DNA of 64,000 nt from Syntrophorhabdaceae bacterium (GTDB lineage Bacteria; Desulfobacterota; Syntrophorhabdia; Syntrophorhabdales; Syntrophorhabdaceae): NCBI GenBank assembly GCA_963665295.1, contig OY762209.1, positions 3,392,001-3,456,000 of the forward strand, written 5' to 3'. A model generated the notes under the pieces. That model searched no databases. It saw only the letters and a program-made list of their open reading frames with translations, and was not told where the DNA came from. Below, one piece after another: positions 47,352-57,366 of the stretch (positions are counted from its first letter, which is position 1; each line of letters opens with the position of its first letter). A program made the position numbers and the translations under genes.

Positions 47352-47730
47352 CGTTGATATTTGATGTGTTGATTGCTTACTCCTTTTCCATGGTTTTCGC
47401 AGGAGCCGTAGAGAGGGCGTTTGTATCCGGAAAGGACTATGCCTGCAAAGGAGGTGAGGCCCCGCAAGATAGAAAAACGATATACCGGCAGGACGGATAT
47501 GAGGGGCGGCCTGGGAGGGTCGTGAAGGTATCCGGGGCAGGGGAATTTCTTGAAGAAAGACAGGACCCTGTGAGGCGTGACAGGAAAGCCGAGAAAATGG
47601 TGGAAGGCGGCCGCATAGGTGGACGCAGATGGCCCTGTCACGTGTTTGAATCCCTGGAGAGCTTCAGGACTGGTCGTGTAAAACTCATAAACGGAGAGTC
47701 ACACAAAATTCAAATTAATGGGGAGGTTTT

Positions 47731-48762
47731 ATGAAAAGATCAACATGGATGATCGGTTGTCTCATGGTATGCGCATTACTGTTTTTATTCCTCGTCCCCC
47801 TTCAGAGCCACGCGGCGGAGAAGGTAATCACCCTTAAGGTAGCCAACTGGTTCCCTATCACCCACAAGCAGAGCATCCTCCTCGATGCGTGGGGCAAGGA
47901 AGTGGAGAAGAAGACGGGGGGCAAGGTAAAGGTCAACTACTATGCCGCAGGCACCCTCGTGCCCGCTGCCCAGAGCTATGACGCGGTCACCAAGGGTATC
48001 GCCGATGTAGGCAACCACGTCCTCGGATACACGGTAGGGAAGTTCCCCTTGACGGAGATCATCGACCTCCCCCTGGGCTACCCCAACAACACGGTTCCCA
48101 CCAAGATGGCCAATGCCTTCTACGGCAAGTTCAAACCGAAAGAGTTCGATGAGGTGAAGGTCCTCTGGTTCCACGCCCAGGCCCCCGGCATCGTCCACAC
48201 GAAGTCAAAACCCGTCCACAAACTCGAGGACCTGAAGGGCCTCAAGATGAGGACCTACGGCTCCAATGCGAAGCTCATGGGACTTCTGGGAGGAACCCCC
48301 GTGGCAATGCCCATGACCGATGTGTATGACGCCCTTTCGAGAGGCGTAGCCGACGGCGTCATGGCCGCATACGAGGCACTGGAAGGCTTCAGGCTCGGAG
48401 AGCAGGTGAAGTACTCCACGGAGAACTACGACACCTCCTACAGCGCCACCTTCGTGGTCGTCATGAACAAGAGAAAATGGAACGCCCTTCCCCCGGACGT
48501 GCAGAAGGTGATCGACGGGATGAGCCCCGAGTATATCGAGAAGTACGCCGCCATGTGGGATGACATCGAAAAGAGCGGCAAGGAATACTGCATCAAGAAA
48601 GGCAACAAGATCATCACCCTCGACAAAGCCGAACAAGCCAAGTGGGTGGCCAAGGCCGAACCTCTCTTCGATGACTACGTGAAGAGGATGAAGGCAAAGA
48701 ACCTGCCGGGCGACGAAGCGCTGAAGTTCGTCCGCGATTACTTAAAACCCTACAAAAAGTAA
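47731..48762 (+). CDS. dctP: TRAP substrate-binding protein, third paralog
   Basis: Signal peptide, KGLKMR and PVAMPMTDVYDALSRG. Confidence 0.93.
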   Translation: MKRSTWMIGCLMVCALLFLFLVPLQSHAAEKVITLKVANWFPITHKQSILLDAWGKEVEKKTGGKVKVNYYAAGTLVPAAQSYDAVTKGIADVGNHVLGYTVGKFPLTEIIDLPLGYPNNTVPTKMANAFYGKFKPKEFDEVKVLWFHAQAPGIVHTKSKPVHKLEDLKGLKMRTYGSNAKLMGLLGGTPVAMPMTDVYDALSRGVADGVMAAYEALEGFRLGEQVKYSTENYDTSYSATFVVVMNKRKWNALPPDVQKVIDGMSPEYIEKYAAMWDDIEKSGKEYCIKKGNKIITLDKAEQAKWVAKAEPLFDDYVKRMKAKNLPGDEALKFVRDYLKPYKK

Positions 48763-48777
48763 TATCCGGGAGGAGAA

Positions 48778-49260
48778 ATGCAGGTATTTCACTCGGTGGT
48801 TTTGAGAGTCGGCAAGGTGATGGACGTGATCGGGGGGACCGTCCTTACCCTGATGATGCTTATCACCGTGCTGGACGTGGTCCTCCGGCTCTTCCGGAAG
48901 CCCATTACCGGCACGTATGAACTGGTTTTCCTGGGAGGCGCGGTGGTAATCGGATGCGCCATCCCCATCACTTCATGGGAGGGAGGACACGTGTGCGTCG
49001 ACTTTCTGCTCGAACACTTCTCTCCCATGGCGAAGAAGGTCATCATGCTCCTCACGAGGCTCCTGGGCATCGCGTTCTTTCTCCTTCTCGCATGCAACCT
49101 CTTCCTCCTCGGGACCGATCTCTTCACGTCCGGAGAGGTGTCGCTCACGCTGCACGTGCCCTACTACCCCGCTGCCTATATCCTCGCGCTCTGCGCTTTC
49201 GTGGAGTGCCTCGTGCTCGTGTCGTCCTTTATAAAGATTATCGGGGGAGATCATGAATGA
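48778..49260 (+). CDS. dctQ: TRAP small permease
   Basis: Paralog of 27744..28232. Confidence 0.92.
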   Translation: MQVFHSVVLRVGKVMDVIGGTVLTLMMLITVLDVVLRLFRKPITGTYELVFLGGAVVIGCAIPITSWEGGHVCVDFLLEHFSPMAKKVIMLLTRLLGIAFFLLLACNLFLLGTDLFTSGEVSLTLHVPYYPAAYILALCAFVECLVLVSSFIKIIGGDHE

Positions 49261-50554
49261 GACCGTCGTAGGAGTCATCGTACTCTGTCTGTTATTGGGG
49301 CTGTTTCTCACGGGTATCGAACTCGCCTTTGCCATGGGCATTCTCGGGGTGGCGGGGTTTGCCTACCTCGTGGACGTGCCGGCTGCCATGGGTCTCATGG
49401 CGAACGACTTTTTCGATGCCCTCGCATCATACGGGCTCACGGTCATCCCGCTCTTCGTACTCATGGGCCAGATCGCCTTCAACGCGGGTATCGCGAAGAG
49501 GCTCTATGACTGCGCCCACAGGTTCTTAGGCCACATCCCCGGGGGCCTCGCCATCGCCACGGTGGCAGGGGCAACGGCCTTCAAGGCCATCTGCGGCTCC
49601 GTGGCAGCCACATCAGCCACCTTTGCGAGTGTGGCCGTGCCCGAGATGACAAAATACGGGTATGACAAGAAGCTCTCCACAGGGATCGTGGCCACAGTGG
49701 GCACCCTGGGCTGTCTTATCCCCCCGAGTGTGGTCCTCATCATATTCGGTATCGTGACCCAGCAGTCCATAGGGAGGCTCTTTCTCGCGGGCATCCTCCC
49801 CGGGCTCCTTATCGCATTCTTCTTTGTCGTGGTCATCTTCGGCTGGTGCAGGATAAACCCCAAGCTGGGCCCGAAGTGCGAGCCCTTCACCTGGGGCGAG
49901 AGAATGAAAACGGTGCCCGACGTCATATGGCCCATCGGCATCTTCCTCGTCATTATCGTGGGAATGATGAAGGGGTTCTTTACCCCCACGGAAGCAGGGA
50001 GTATCGGGGCCTTCTCGGTCCTCGTGCTCTGCATCGCCAAAAAGAACATGAACTTCAAGGGATATGTGAAGTCCGTGAAGGAGTCCCTCAGGACCGCGTG
50101 TATGGTCCTTCTTCTCATTGCCACATCGAGCATGCTCGGGCACTTCATCGCAGTGACGAACATACCCAGCCGCCTCGGCGAATGGACCTTAAGCCTCACG
50201 CTCCCGTCCTTTGTCGTGGTGGTCATGATATTCTTTATCTACCTCCTGGGCGGGTCGTTCATCGACGACCTGGCGTTTATGATCCTCGCCACGCCCATAT
50301 TCTTCCCCATCATCACGAAACTCGGGTATGACCCCCTCTGGGCAGGCATTGTCATCGCCCTTACCGTCTGCATAGGGTCCGTGGTCCCGCCCGTGGCGAT
50401 CTGCGTTTTCATTGTGAGGAACATTACGAAGGTACCCATGGGGGTCATCTATTCCGGGGTCTACCCCTTTCTCATCTCCCTGGTCCTCGTGGTGGTGCTC
50501 TGTTTTCTCTTTCCCCAGATCGCCCTGTTTTTGCCTAATCTGCTTATGCCGTAG
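49253..50554 (+). CDS. dctM: TRAP large permease
   Basis: 433-aa paralog of 28225..29526. Confidence 0.94.
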   Translation: MNETVVGVIVLCLLLGLFLTGIELAFAMGILGVAGFAYLVDVPAAMGLMANDFFDALASYGLTVIPLFVLMGQIAFNAGIAKRLYDCAHRFLGHIPGGLAIATVAGATAFKAICGSVAATSATFASVAVPEMTKYGYDKKLSTGIVATVGTLGCLIPPSVVLIIFGIVTQQSIGRLFLAGILPGLLIAFFFVVVIFGWCRINPKLGPKCEPFTWGERMKTVPDVIWPIGIFLVIIVGMMKGFFTPTEAGSIGAFSVLVLCIAKKNMNFKGYVKSVKESLRTACMVLLLIATSSMLGHFIAVTNIPSRLGEWTLSLTLPSFVVVVMIFFIYLLGGSFIDDLAFMILATPIFFPIITKLGYDPLWAGIVIALTVCIGSVVPPVAICVFIVRNITKVPMGVIYSGVYPFLISLVLVVVLCFLFPQIALFLPNLLMP

Positions 50555-50569
50555 AAAAGAGGAGGAAGT

Positions 50570-52066
50570 ATGACCATAGGTGATTTATTAGTAAGAAATG
50601 CCCACAAGTTCCCGGAGAAGACCGCCGTAGTCACGGAGGATGCGTCCTTTACCTTCCGCGCCCTCAACGAGCGGGTCAACAGTCTTGCCGGTCTTCTTAT
50701 AAGCCGCGGCCTCGAAAAGGGAGACCGCATCGGGGTGGTGGTGCATAACGGACATCGTTTCATGGAGATCTACTTTGCCGCGGCAAAGACGGGGGGCATC
50801 TTCTGCCCCTATAACAACCACCTGAGAAGCGAGGAGCTTAAGGACCTCATCCAGTACTCGACGCCCAAGTTCCTCTTCTTCGACGAGGACTTCGGCAGCA
50901 TGATCGAGGGCCTTAAACCCGAACTCGCGGTGACTCACTATATCGGGGACTACGAAGGGCTCCTTGCGCCTTTTGCCGAGCCGGCTGTGAAAGTGACGGA
51001 AGAGGACGTGCTCTCCATCATCTTTACCGCAGGCACCACAGGCAAGCCGAAGGGCGCCATGAGGACCCACCGCCACCTCATGTCGGATGCCATTGCGAGC
51101 GCCATCGACCTTAGAGTGGAGTACGACGAGAAGGTGCTCATTACCTTCCCTATGTACCACGTGGCCGCAGAGGACAACATCGTGCGCCATTCCTTTCTGC
51201 CCAATACGATCTATATAAAGAAAGAAGGAGGCTTCAACCCCGAGGAGGTCCTCGCCTACATCTCGAAGGAGAAGATCACGAGGTGCCAGTTCGTCCCCAC
51301 CATGATCCACAGCCTCCTCCAGATACCGGATGTGAAGAAGTTCGACCTTTCGAGCCTGAGGCTCATCCTCTACGCAGGCTCCCCCATGCCGGCCGAGCTT
51401 CTAAGGCAGGCCCTCGAGGTGTTCCCCTGCGGGTTCGCCCAACTCTATGGGCAGACGGAGAGCGGTCCCTTTACCACAGTCCTCAAGCCGGAGGACCATG
51501 ACCTCACGAAGCCCGCAAGGCTCGCCTCCTCAGGCAAGGCGGCCCTCAACTACGAGATAAGGATCGTCGATGAGTCCGATAAGGACGTTGCCGTAGGCGA
51601 GGTGGGAGAGATCATAGGGAAGAGCGAGGCCATGACCATAGGGTACTGGCAGATGCCCGAGGCTACTGCGGAGAAACTCCGGGGAGGCTGGCTCAGGACC
51701 GGGGACCTGGGGAGATTCGATGAAGAGGGGTTCATCTACATCGTGGAGAGGAAGAACGACATGATCATCTCCGGCGGGGTGAACATCTATCCCCGTGAGG
51801 TGGAGGAAGTCCTCTACCGCCACCCCGCAGTATCGGAGGTATCGGTAATAGGGATACCCGACGAGCACTGGGGAGAGGTGGTAAAAGCGGCGGTGGTATT
51901 GAAGCCCGGGGCTTCCGCGGAACCCGCGGAGCTTATAGACTTCTGCGGCAAGAACCTCGCGGGGTATAAAAAACCCAAGTCCGTAGACTTCTGGGAGGAA
52001 CTCCCCAAGAGTCCCCAGGGGAAGATCCTGAAGAAGGAGATAAGGAAGCATTACGGGGAAAAGTAA
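50570..52066 (+). CDS. AMP-forming acyl-CoA ligase (ANL family)
   Basis: FTAGTTGKPKG, YGQTE, GWLRTGD and LPKSPQGKIL motifs. Confidence 0.93.
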   Translation: MTIGDLLVRNAHKFPEKTAVVTEDASFTFRALNERVNSLAGLLISRGLEKGDRIGVVVHNGHRFMEIYFAAAKTGGIFCPYNNHLRSEELKDLIQYSTPKFLFFDEDFGSMIEGLKPELAVTHYIGDYEGLLAPFAEPAVKVTEEDVLSIIFTAGTTGKPKGAMRTHRHLMSDAIASAIDLRVEYDEKVLITFPMYHVAAEDNIVRHSFLPNTIYIKKEGGFNPEEVLAYISKEKITRCQFVPTMIHSLLQIPDVKKFDLSSLRLILYAGSPMPAELLRQALEVFPCGFAQLYGQTESGPFTTVLKPEDHDLTKPARLASSGKAALNYEIRIVDESDKDVAVGEVGEIIGKSEAMTIGYWQMPEATAEKLRGGWLRTGDLGRFDEEGFIYIVERKNDMIISGGVNIYPREVEEVLYRHPAVSEVSVIGIPDEHWGEVVKAAVVLKPGASAEPAELIDFCGKNLAGYKKPKSVDFWEELPKSPQGKILKKEIRKHYGEK

Positions 52067-52436
52067 AAAAGGTTGGAAATCCGATAATTTTCGTATCTGA
52101 TATCATATCAGTTGCGTCAGACAAAACCCTCCTTGTTAAGGCCTGTTGTGGTGCGCTGTTGCAATGGCTCTCACAGGGAGGGTCCCCCCCTTTGTTTTCT
52201 GGAGGTGTGATCCTGTAGGGCTCCGACACGCGCGGGTGCCTCATGGGTCTGGTGCGGGATGCGCTGTTTCGTGGAATGCGGAAAAGTGACGAAAGGGGGG
52301 GAGGCAGGAAATATGGATGGACGAGGGAGAGGAAAGGTTTCCCGAGGGAGGGCGGAGAAGATGAAAGACCGGCCCTTGAAGGACCGGCCCGTGAAACTTA
52401 AAAGCCCCGCATGGAGTGTTCAGGCCTTGGTTTAGA

Positions 52437-54357
52437 CCGAAGTTCCCCCTGTGAAATCCCCCCAATATCACTCTATCCCGTTGAAATGACGGGAATAGGG
52501 TGATAATCATATCTTCTACTTGTTGCCATGTAATAGTGCATTATGTACTTGACATGTAGGTAAGCTATTTGCTATATATGTTCCATGTACATCGAAAGCA
52601 TCCCCAACCGCAACTCCCGGCCCGCCATCCTCTTGAGGGAGGCATGGAGGGAAGGCAAAAAGATAAAGAAGAAGACAGTCGCAAACCTCACTGATTGGCC
52701 GGAAGAGAAGATCGAGCTCTTGAGGCGTGTATTGAAAGGGGAGTCTCTCGTCTCTCCGAAGGAAGCCTTTAAGGTTGAGCAGTCTCTCCCCCACGGCCAT
52801 GTGGAGGCCATACTCGGGACAATAAAGAAGCTTGGCCTTGATACGGTCATTGCCTCGAAGCCTGGAAGGGAGAGAGACCTCGTAATCGCCATGATCGTGG
52901 AACGCCTCATCCACCCCTCATCGAAATTAGCAACTACGAGGCTCTGGCATACTACTTCGGTGGCGGAGGAACTCTCGGTTGCAGATGCCGATGAGGACGA
53001 ACTCTATGATGCCCTGGACTGGCTTTTGGCAAGACAGGAGCGGATCGAGAAGAAGCTGGCGAATAAGCACCTTACCGAGGGCTCGCTCGTGCTCTACGAT
53101 GTGACGAGCAGTTACTACGAGGGCCACACCTGTCCCCTTGCGCAGTTCGGCCATGACCGGGATGAAAAGGGAAAGAGGATCATCGTCTATGGAGTACTCA
53201 CCGATCACGAAGGCCGACCTGTTGCAGTTACCGTCTATCCGGGGAATACGGGCGATCCCTCTACCATTCCCGACCAGACGGCAAAGCTCAAAGAAAGATT
53301 CGGTCTCGATCACCTCGTCCTCGTGGGCGACAGGGGCATGCTTACGGAGACACAGATTACAAAGATAAAGGAGATGCCCGGCATAGGGTGGATATCGGCC
53401 CTCAGGTCTTCCGCCATACGCGAGCTTGTGGGACAGGGGAGCATCCAGATGTCCCTCTTCGATACCCAGGACTTTGCGGAAATCACCTCTCCCGAGTATC
53501 CGGGGGAAAGGCTCATCGCTTGCTTCAACCCCCTTCTTGCCGAAGAGAGAAAGAGGAAAAGAAACGCGCTCCTCGATGTGACGGAAAAGAAGTTGTCCTC
53601 CATTGTACGGGCGGTCGGGAGAAGGACAAGGACGCCTCTTTCCGCAGCGGAGATAGGGAAGAAAGTCGGCGCGGTAGTCAACGATCACAAGATGGCGAAG
53701 CACTTTATCCTTACCATCGGAGACGGGTCCTTCTCATTCGCCCGGAACGAGGAGTCAATCACCGAAGAAGAAGCCCTCGACGGGATCTATGTGATCCGTA
53801 CGAGTGAACCAGCCCTTCCTCCCGCCGATGTGGTACGGAACTACAAGAACCTTGCCCGGGTAGAGCGGGCCTTCAGGACCTTGAAGGGCATCGATCTTCT
53901 CGTCCGTCCCATTCACCACCGTACCGAGGATCACGTGCGAGCCCACATCTTTCTCTGCACCCTCGCCTATTACGTAGAGTGGCATATGAGGGAGGCCCTT
54001 ACGCCGCTGCTCTTCGACGATGAGGAGCTTCCCCTCTCACGAACGACGAGAGACCCGGTAAAGCCCGCGGAGTCATCTTCTTCCGCAAAGAAAAAGAAGA
54101 CCACCAAGCTCACCCCTGACGGCCTTCCCGTCCAGAGCTTCCGTACCCTCCTTGCCGCACTGGGGACCCGATGCAAAAACCGGTGCAGGATGGTTTTGGA
54201 CTCCATGGCCCCGGCCTTCACCCTTCTTACTGATCCGACACCTCTCCAGGCCCGCGCCCTTGCCCTCCTCGGACTGTAGCCAGTAACGGGAAATCAATTT
54301 CTGCCATAATCATTGGAATATCAAGGTGATGGGTTAATATTGGGCGGGGAACTTCGG
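52437..54357 (+). mobile_element. IS1634-family insertion sequence, 1921 bp, apparently intact
   Basis: Perfect 12-bp terminal IRs CCGAAGTTCCCC (52437-48) and GGGGAACTTCGG (54346-57), with flanking direct repeats TTTAGA (52431-36, 54358-63). Confidence 0.9.
52585..54279 (+). CDS. IS1634-family DDE transposase
   Basis: N-terminal LLRE.WREG.K.....ANL, LYDVTSSYYEG, VGDRGM and Y..L..VERAFR.LK...RPI.H motifs. Confidence 0.92.
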   Translation: MYIESIPNRNSRPAILLREAWREGKKIKKKTVANLTDWPEEKIELLRRVLKGESLVSPKEAFKVEQSLPHGHVEAILGTIKKLGLDTVIASKPGRERDLVIAMIVERLIHPSSKLATTRLWHTTSVAEELSVADADEDELYDALDWLLARQERIEKKLANKHLTEGSLVLYDVTSSYYEGHTCPLAQFGHDRDEKGKRIIVYGVLTDHEGRPVAVTVYPGNTGDPSTIPDQTAKLKERFGLDHLVLVGDRGMLTETQITKIKEMPGIGWISALRSSAIRELVGQGSIQMSLFDTQDFAEITSPEYPGERLIACFNPLLAEERKRKRNALLDVTEKKLSSIVRAVGRRTRTPLSAAEIGKKVGAVVNDHKMAKHFILTIGDGSFSFARNEESITEEEALDGIYVIRTSEPALPPADVVRNYKNLARVERAFRTLKGIDLLVRPIHHRTEDHVRAHIFLCTLAYYVEWHMREALTPLLFDDEELPLSRTTRDPVKPAESSSSAKKKKTTKLTPDGLPVQSFRTLLAALGTRCKNRCRMVLDSMAPAFTLLTDPTPLQARALALLGL

Positions 54358-54358
54358 T

Positions 54359-54802
54359 TTAGACATACTTCCCGTTGATATACTGATTGAGGAAGTCGAT
54401 TTCAATCTTCTGTTCCCTCACGATAGCCTTGACGACATCGCCTATTGAGACGAGCCCGGTCATTTTCCCCTTGTCGAAGACGGGCAGGTGCCTGATACGT
54501 TTCTTTGTCATAAGGGAGATGCATTCGTCAACCGTGGTTGAAGGAGAGACCACATAGAGGTCCTTGGTCATAATGTCCCTGGTGAAGGTCTCTTTTGAAG
54601 ACCTGCCCTCCAGTATAACCTTCCGCGCATAGTCGCGCTCGGATATGATCCCCACTACGTTTCCCTCTTCACCGAGGACGACCGCCGCTCCGATGCCCTT
54701 GTCCTGCATCAACTGAAGCGCCCTGTACACCAGGGTATCGATGGAGACGGTCCATACCTCGCCCCCCTTGTGCTGCAAAATCTGACTCACTGTTGTTTTC
54801 AT
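54359..54802 (-). CDS. CBS-domain pair protein
   Basis: VGIISERDYARK, IRHLPV and GLVSIGDVVK motifs; RBS aggggg before ATG 54802. Confidence 0.9.
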   Translation of the reverse strand: MKTTVSQILQHKGGEVWTVSIDTLVYRALQLMQDKGIGAAVVLGEEGNVVGIISERDYARKVILEGRSSKETFTRDIMTKDLYVVSPSTTVDECISLMTKKRIRHLPVFDKGKMTGLVSIGDVVKAIVREQKIEIDFLNQYINGKYV

Positions 54803-55007
54803 AAAAACCCCCTTAACGATGTATTGTTTCCGGGCAAACCCGGATTCTTCAATATGAGATCTCTGCGGCCCTCCAGTCCGGCTCAGCCCGCAACGGACCG
54901 GCACAGGATCCTTTTGCTTACACGGGTGACGAAATCAACTATACATTTATTACTATGAAGGGCGGTATAAAGTCAACAGTTAAAATATCAACAGATGTAA
55001 TATCAAG

Positions 55008-57152
55008 ATGTGTAATTTAATCACATCAGGTCGCGAATCCTTTGCCTTCCCCGGCCAAAAGGATATATACTATGAGGGCGCAGTGACTACTAATCTTCCG
55101 GAGTGTCTGATGGAAACCATGTTTTTTCCCAGGAGCATAGCGATTATAGGGGTGTCGAATTCTCCCTCCAATAACGGACGGGTCATTGTGGAGAATATGG
55201 AGCGTTTCGGTTTCGACGGAATAATGCATCTTGTTGGAGGGAGAAGGGACTCACTTTCAGGAAGAACGATATTCGCTCATGTGAGCGAAATTCCCGAAAC
55301 CCCGGACCTTGCGGTTATCCTCGTTCCGGCGAGCCGGTTGCTGGAGGTGCTGGAGGCGTGCGGTGAGAAGGGGATACGAAGAGTCGTGATAGAAACAGGC
55401 GGCTTTTCGGAGTTCGGGGACGACCGGAAGGACCTGGAGGGCGAGATCGTGGACATGGCGTCCAAATGGAACATGAAGGTTATCGGCCCCAACTGCGTGG
55501 GTATCGTGAATGTCGAGAATGGTCTTATCCTGCCTTTTTATCCCCTTTATCCCAGTGAGGCGGGGAAGGGCCGGGTATCGATCATCAGCCAGAGCGGGGG
55601 TCTTGTCCATGATATCATCGTGCTCGCCAACATAGACAACGTGGGCGTGAACAAACTTGTCAGTATCGGGAATAAGCTGGTTTCGGACGAGAACGATGTA
55701 CTTGAATACCTCATTTCCGATACGGACACGGGCATTATCGGCCTGTACCTGGAGAATATCGCCGACGGGAGAAGACTTATGGACCTCGCGCGTTCCACGG
55801 ACAAGCCTATTGTTCTCCTCAAATCCAACAGAAGTCCGGGCAGCCGGGAAATAGCAAGATTTCATACATCTGCTCTGGCAGGGGACGACCGCGTTGTGGA
55901 CGAGGCTTTGAAGCAGGCGGGCGTTCACCGGGTGCGGGATCTGGGGGAGATGGTTGATGCCTTCAAAGCGTTTTCCCTTCCGCCTCTTAAGGGTCCGAGT
56001 CTCGCAGTCATTGCCCGTTCCGGGGGACAGGCCGTACTGTCCGCGGATAGCGTCTATCTCCATGGTTTTACTCTTGCTTCTTTTTCCGAAAGGTTTTTCG
56101 CAATGTTGTCGGAAAAGACGAGGGCAGGGGTCATCCGGAGGACCAATCCGCTCGATCTGGGGGATGTCTTCGATTTTGACGTTTATTTGGCGATAATCGA
56201 AGAAGCGTTACGGGAGGATGGCGTTGACGCCGTTCTGATGCTCCATTCCTACGCCCTTGGGGTCGATTTTCAGCCTTCGGTGAGACTCATGTCGGGCTGC
56301 GGAGAGCTGGTAAAGAAGTATGGCAAACCTGTCGTGTTCTGCACGATAGTGCACAAAGAGAACTGGACCGCCATGCACGAGATCAAGGACCTTCCCGTTT
56401 TTACCTACGTCGATGATGCGTTGGCGGCCCTCAGAAAGTCGTTGGACCATTTCGCGCCGAGGCCGGATAAGTCCACTCAGACCGTAAAATATAGCCAAAA
56501 GAGGACATCCCGTAGTCGCCTTGCGAAAGGCATCGTGCCGGTGGGTGACGTATTCGGGCTCCTCCACGCATACAATCTTGAGGTGGCGGATTACAGAATC
56601 GTGAACGCGATGAGTGATGGTCTTGGCGAGGGAAGGAATATGGGCTTTCCCTTGGCGTTAAAGACCGCTTCCGCTGAAGTGCTTCATAAGACGGAGCAGG
56701 GCGGAGTGTTCCTTGGTCTCAGGGATGACGCAGGCCTCGAAGAGGCCTTTCGTAAACTGGGGAAACCGGGCCCGTATCTTCTCCAGAAGATGGTCCCGCC
56801 GGGGTGCGAGATGATCATTGGAGGCCGCAATGACCCGGAGTTCGGGTCCGTCGTGATGTGCGGTATGGGGGGTATTTTTGTGGAGATATATAAAGACGTG
56901 GCGGTGCGGGTAGTCCCCGTTGACGAACGGGAGGCGTCGGCTATGGTAGACGACCTCAAAGGGGTTGATATTCTGAAAGGATTCAGGGGCAGCCGGCCCT
57001 ATGACATCGAATTTCTCGTTGACGCCCTTGTCAATGTGTCGAGGCTCTTGTGCGAGCACCCGGAAATCGGTACTCTGGACATAAACCCCCTCATTCTTTT
57101 CGGTAAAGGAGAAGGTGGGGTAGTAGTGGACGCGAAGCTCGAAATTACGTGA
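55008..57152 (+). CDS. ADP-forming acyl-CoA synthetase (ACD, fused alpha-beta); true start probably ~55083-55110
   Basis: PRSIAIIG, GGFSE, GPNC.G, SQSGG, GNK, HT.ALAG, NPLDL, HKTE.GGV and LDINPL motifs. Confidence 0.9.
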   Translation: MCNLITSGRESFAFPGQKDIYYEGAVTTNLPECLMETMFFPRSIAIIGVSNSPSNNGRVIVENMERFGFDGIMHLVGGRRDSLSGRTIFAHVSEIPETPDLAVILVPASRLLEVLEACGEKGIRRVVIETGGFSEFGDDRKDLEGEIVDMASKWNMKVIGPNCVGIVNVENGLILPFYPLYPSEAGKGRVSIISQSGGLVHDIIVLANIDNVGVNKLVSIGNKLVSDENDVLEYLISDTDTGIIGLYLENIADGRRLMDLARSTDKPIVLLKSNRSPGSREIARFHTSALAGDDRVVDEALKQAGVHRVRDLGEMVDAFKAFSLPPLKGPSLAVIARSGGQAVLSADSVYLHGFTLASFSERFFAMLSEKTRAGVIRRTNPLDLGDVFDFDVYLAIIEEALREDGVDAVLMLHSYALGVDFQPSVRLMSGCGELVKKYGKPVVFCTIVHKENWTAMHEIKDLPVFTYVDDALAALRKSLDHFAPRPDKSTQTVKYSQKRTSRSRLAKGIVPVGDVFGLLHAYNLEVADYRIVNAMSDGLGEGRNMGFPLALKTASAEVLHKTEQGGVFLGLRDDAGLEEAFRKLGKPGPYLLQKMVPPGCEMIIGGRNDPEFGSVVMCGMGGIFVEIYKDVAVRVVPVDEREASAMVDDLKGVDILKGFRGSRPYDIEFLVDALVNVSRLLCEHPEIGTLDINPLILFGKGEGGVVVDAKLEIT

Positions 57153-57183
57153 TATTTTGTCTGTGCGCTGGCTCATCCGTTCC

Positions 57184-57212
57184 TTGACATGGCCCGGTAT
57201 TACTGTTATATT
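57184..57212 (+). promoter_or_regulatory. Sigma70 promoter (extended -10)
   Basis: TTGACA, 17 bp, TATATT, with TG at the extended position. Confidence 0.65.
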
Positions 57213-57366
57213 TGAGTTGCGTTAAGGGCTTATCGTGAAAGAGGGTGCGTACTTTCGGTGAGATTGCTGCACGCAGTAGTTACCTGAGGCTCTTCGAATG
57301 ATATTCCGCAATAACTGAAGCGGGGATCGGCCATCGTGTCCGGTCGCCAACAGACAAGAAGGGAGT

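Noticed and set aside
47216..47734. 172-aa ORF between hdrA' and dctP3
   Set aside because: Overlaps a terminator and palindrome, and has no motif or convincing RBS; likely non-coding leader.
52362..52396. 15-bp tandem repeat (tgaa.gaccggccc.) of about 2.3 copies
   Set aside because: Too short and has no spacers, so it is not CRISPR; no function can be supported.
54359..54802. CBS protein as the missing PpsC subunit
   Set aside because: It is more than 40 kb from the pps-like cluster and looks like a generic stand-alone CBS pair; nothing links the two.
54830..54843. GGGCAAACC resembling a c-di-GMP-I riboswitch motif
   Set aside because: Only a simple ccggg-caaa-cccgg hairpin; the second stem and tetraloop receptor are absent, and it is on the wrong strand for the CBS gene.
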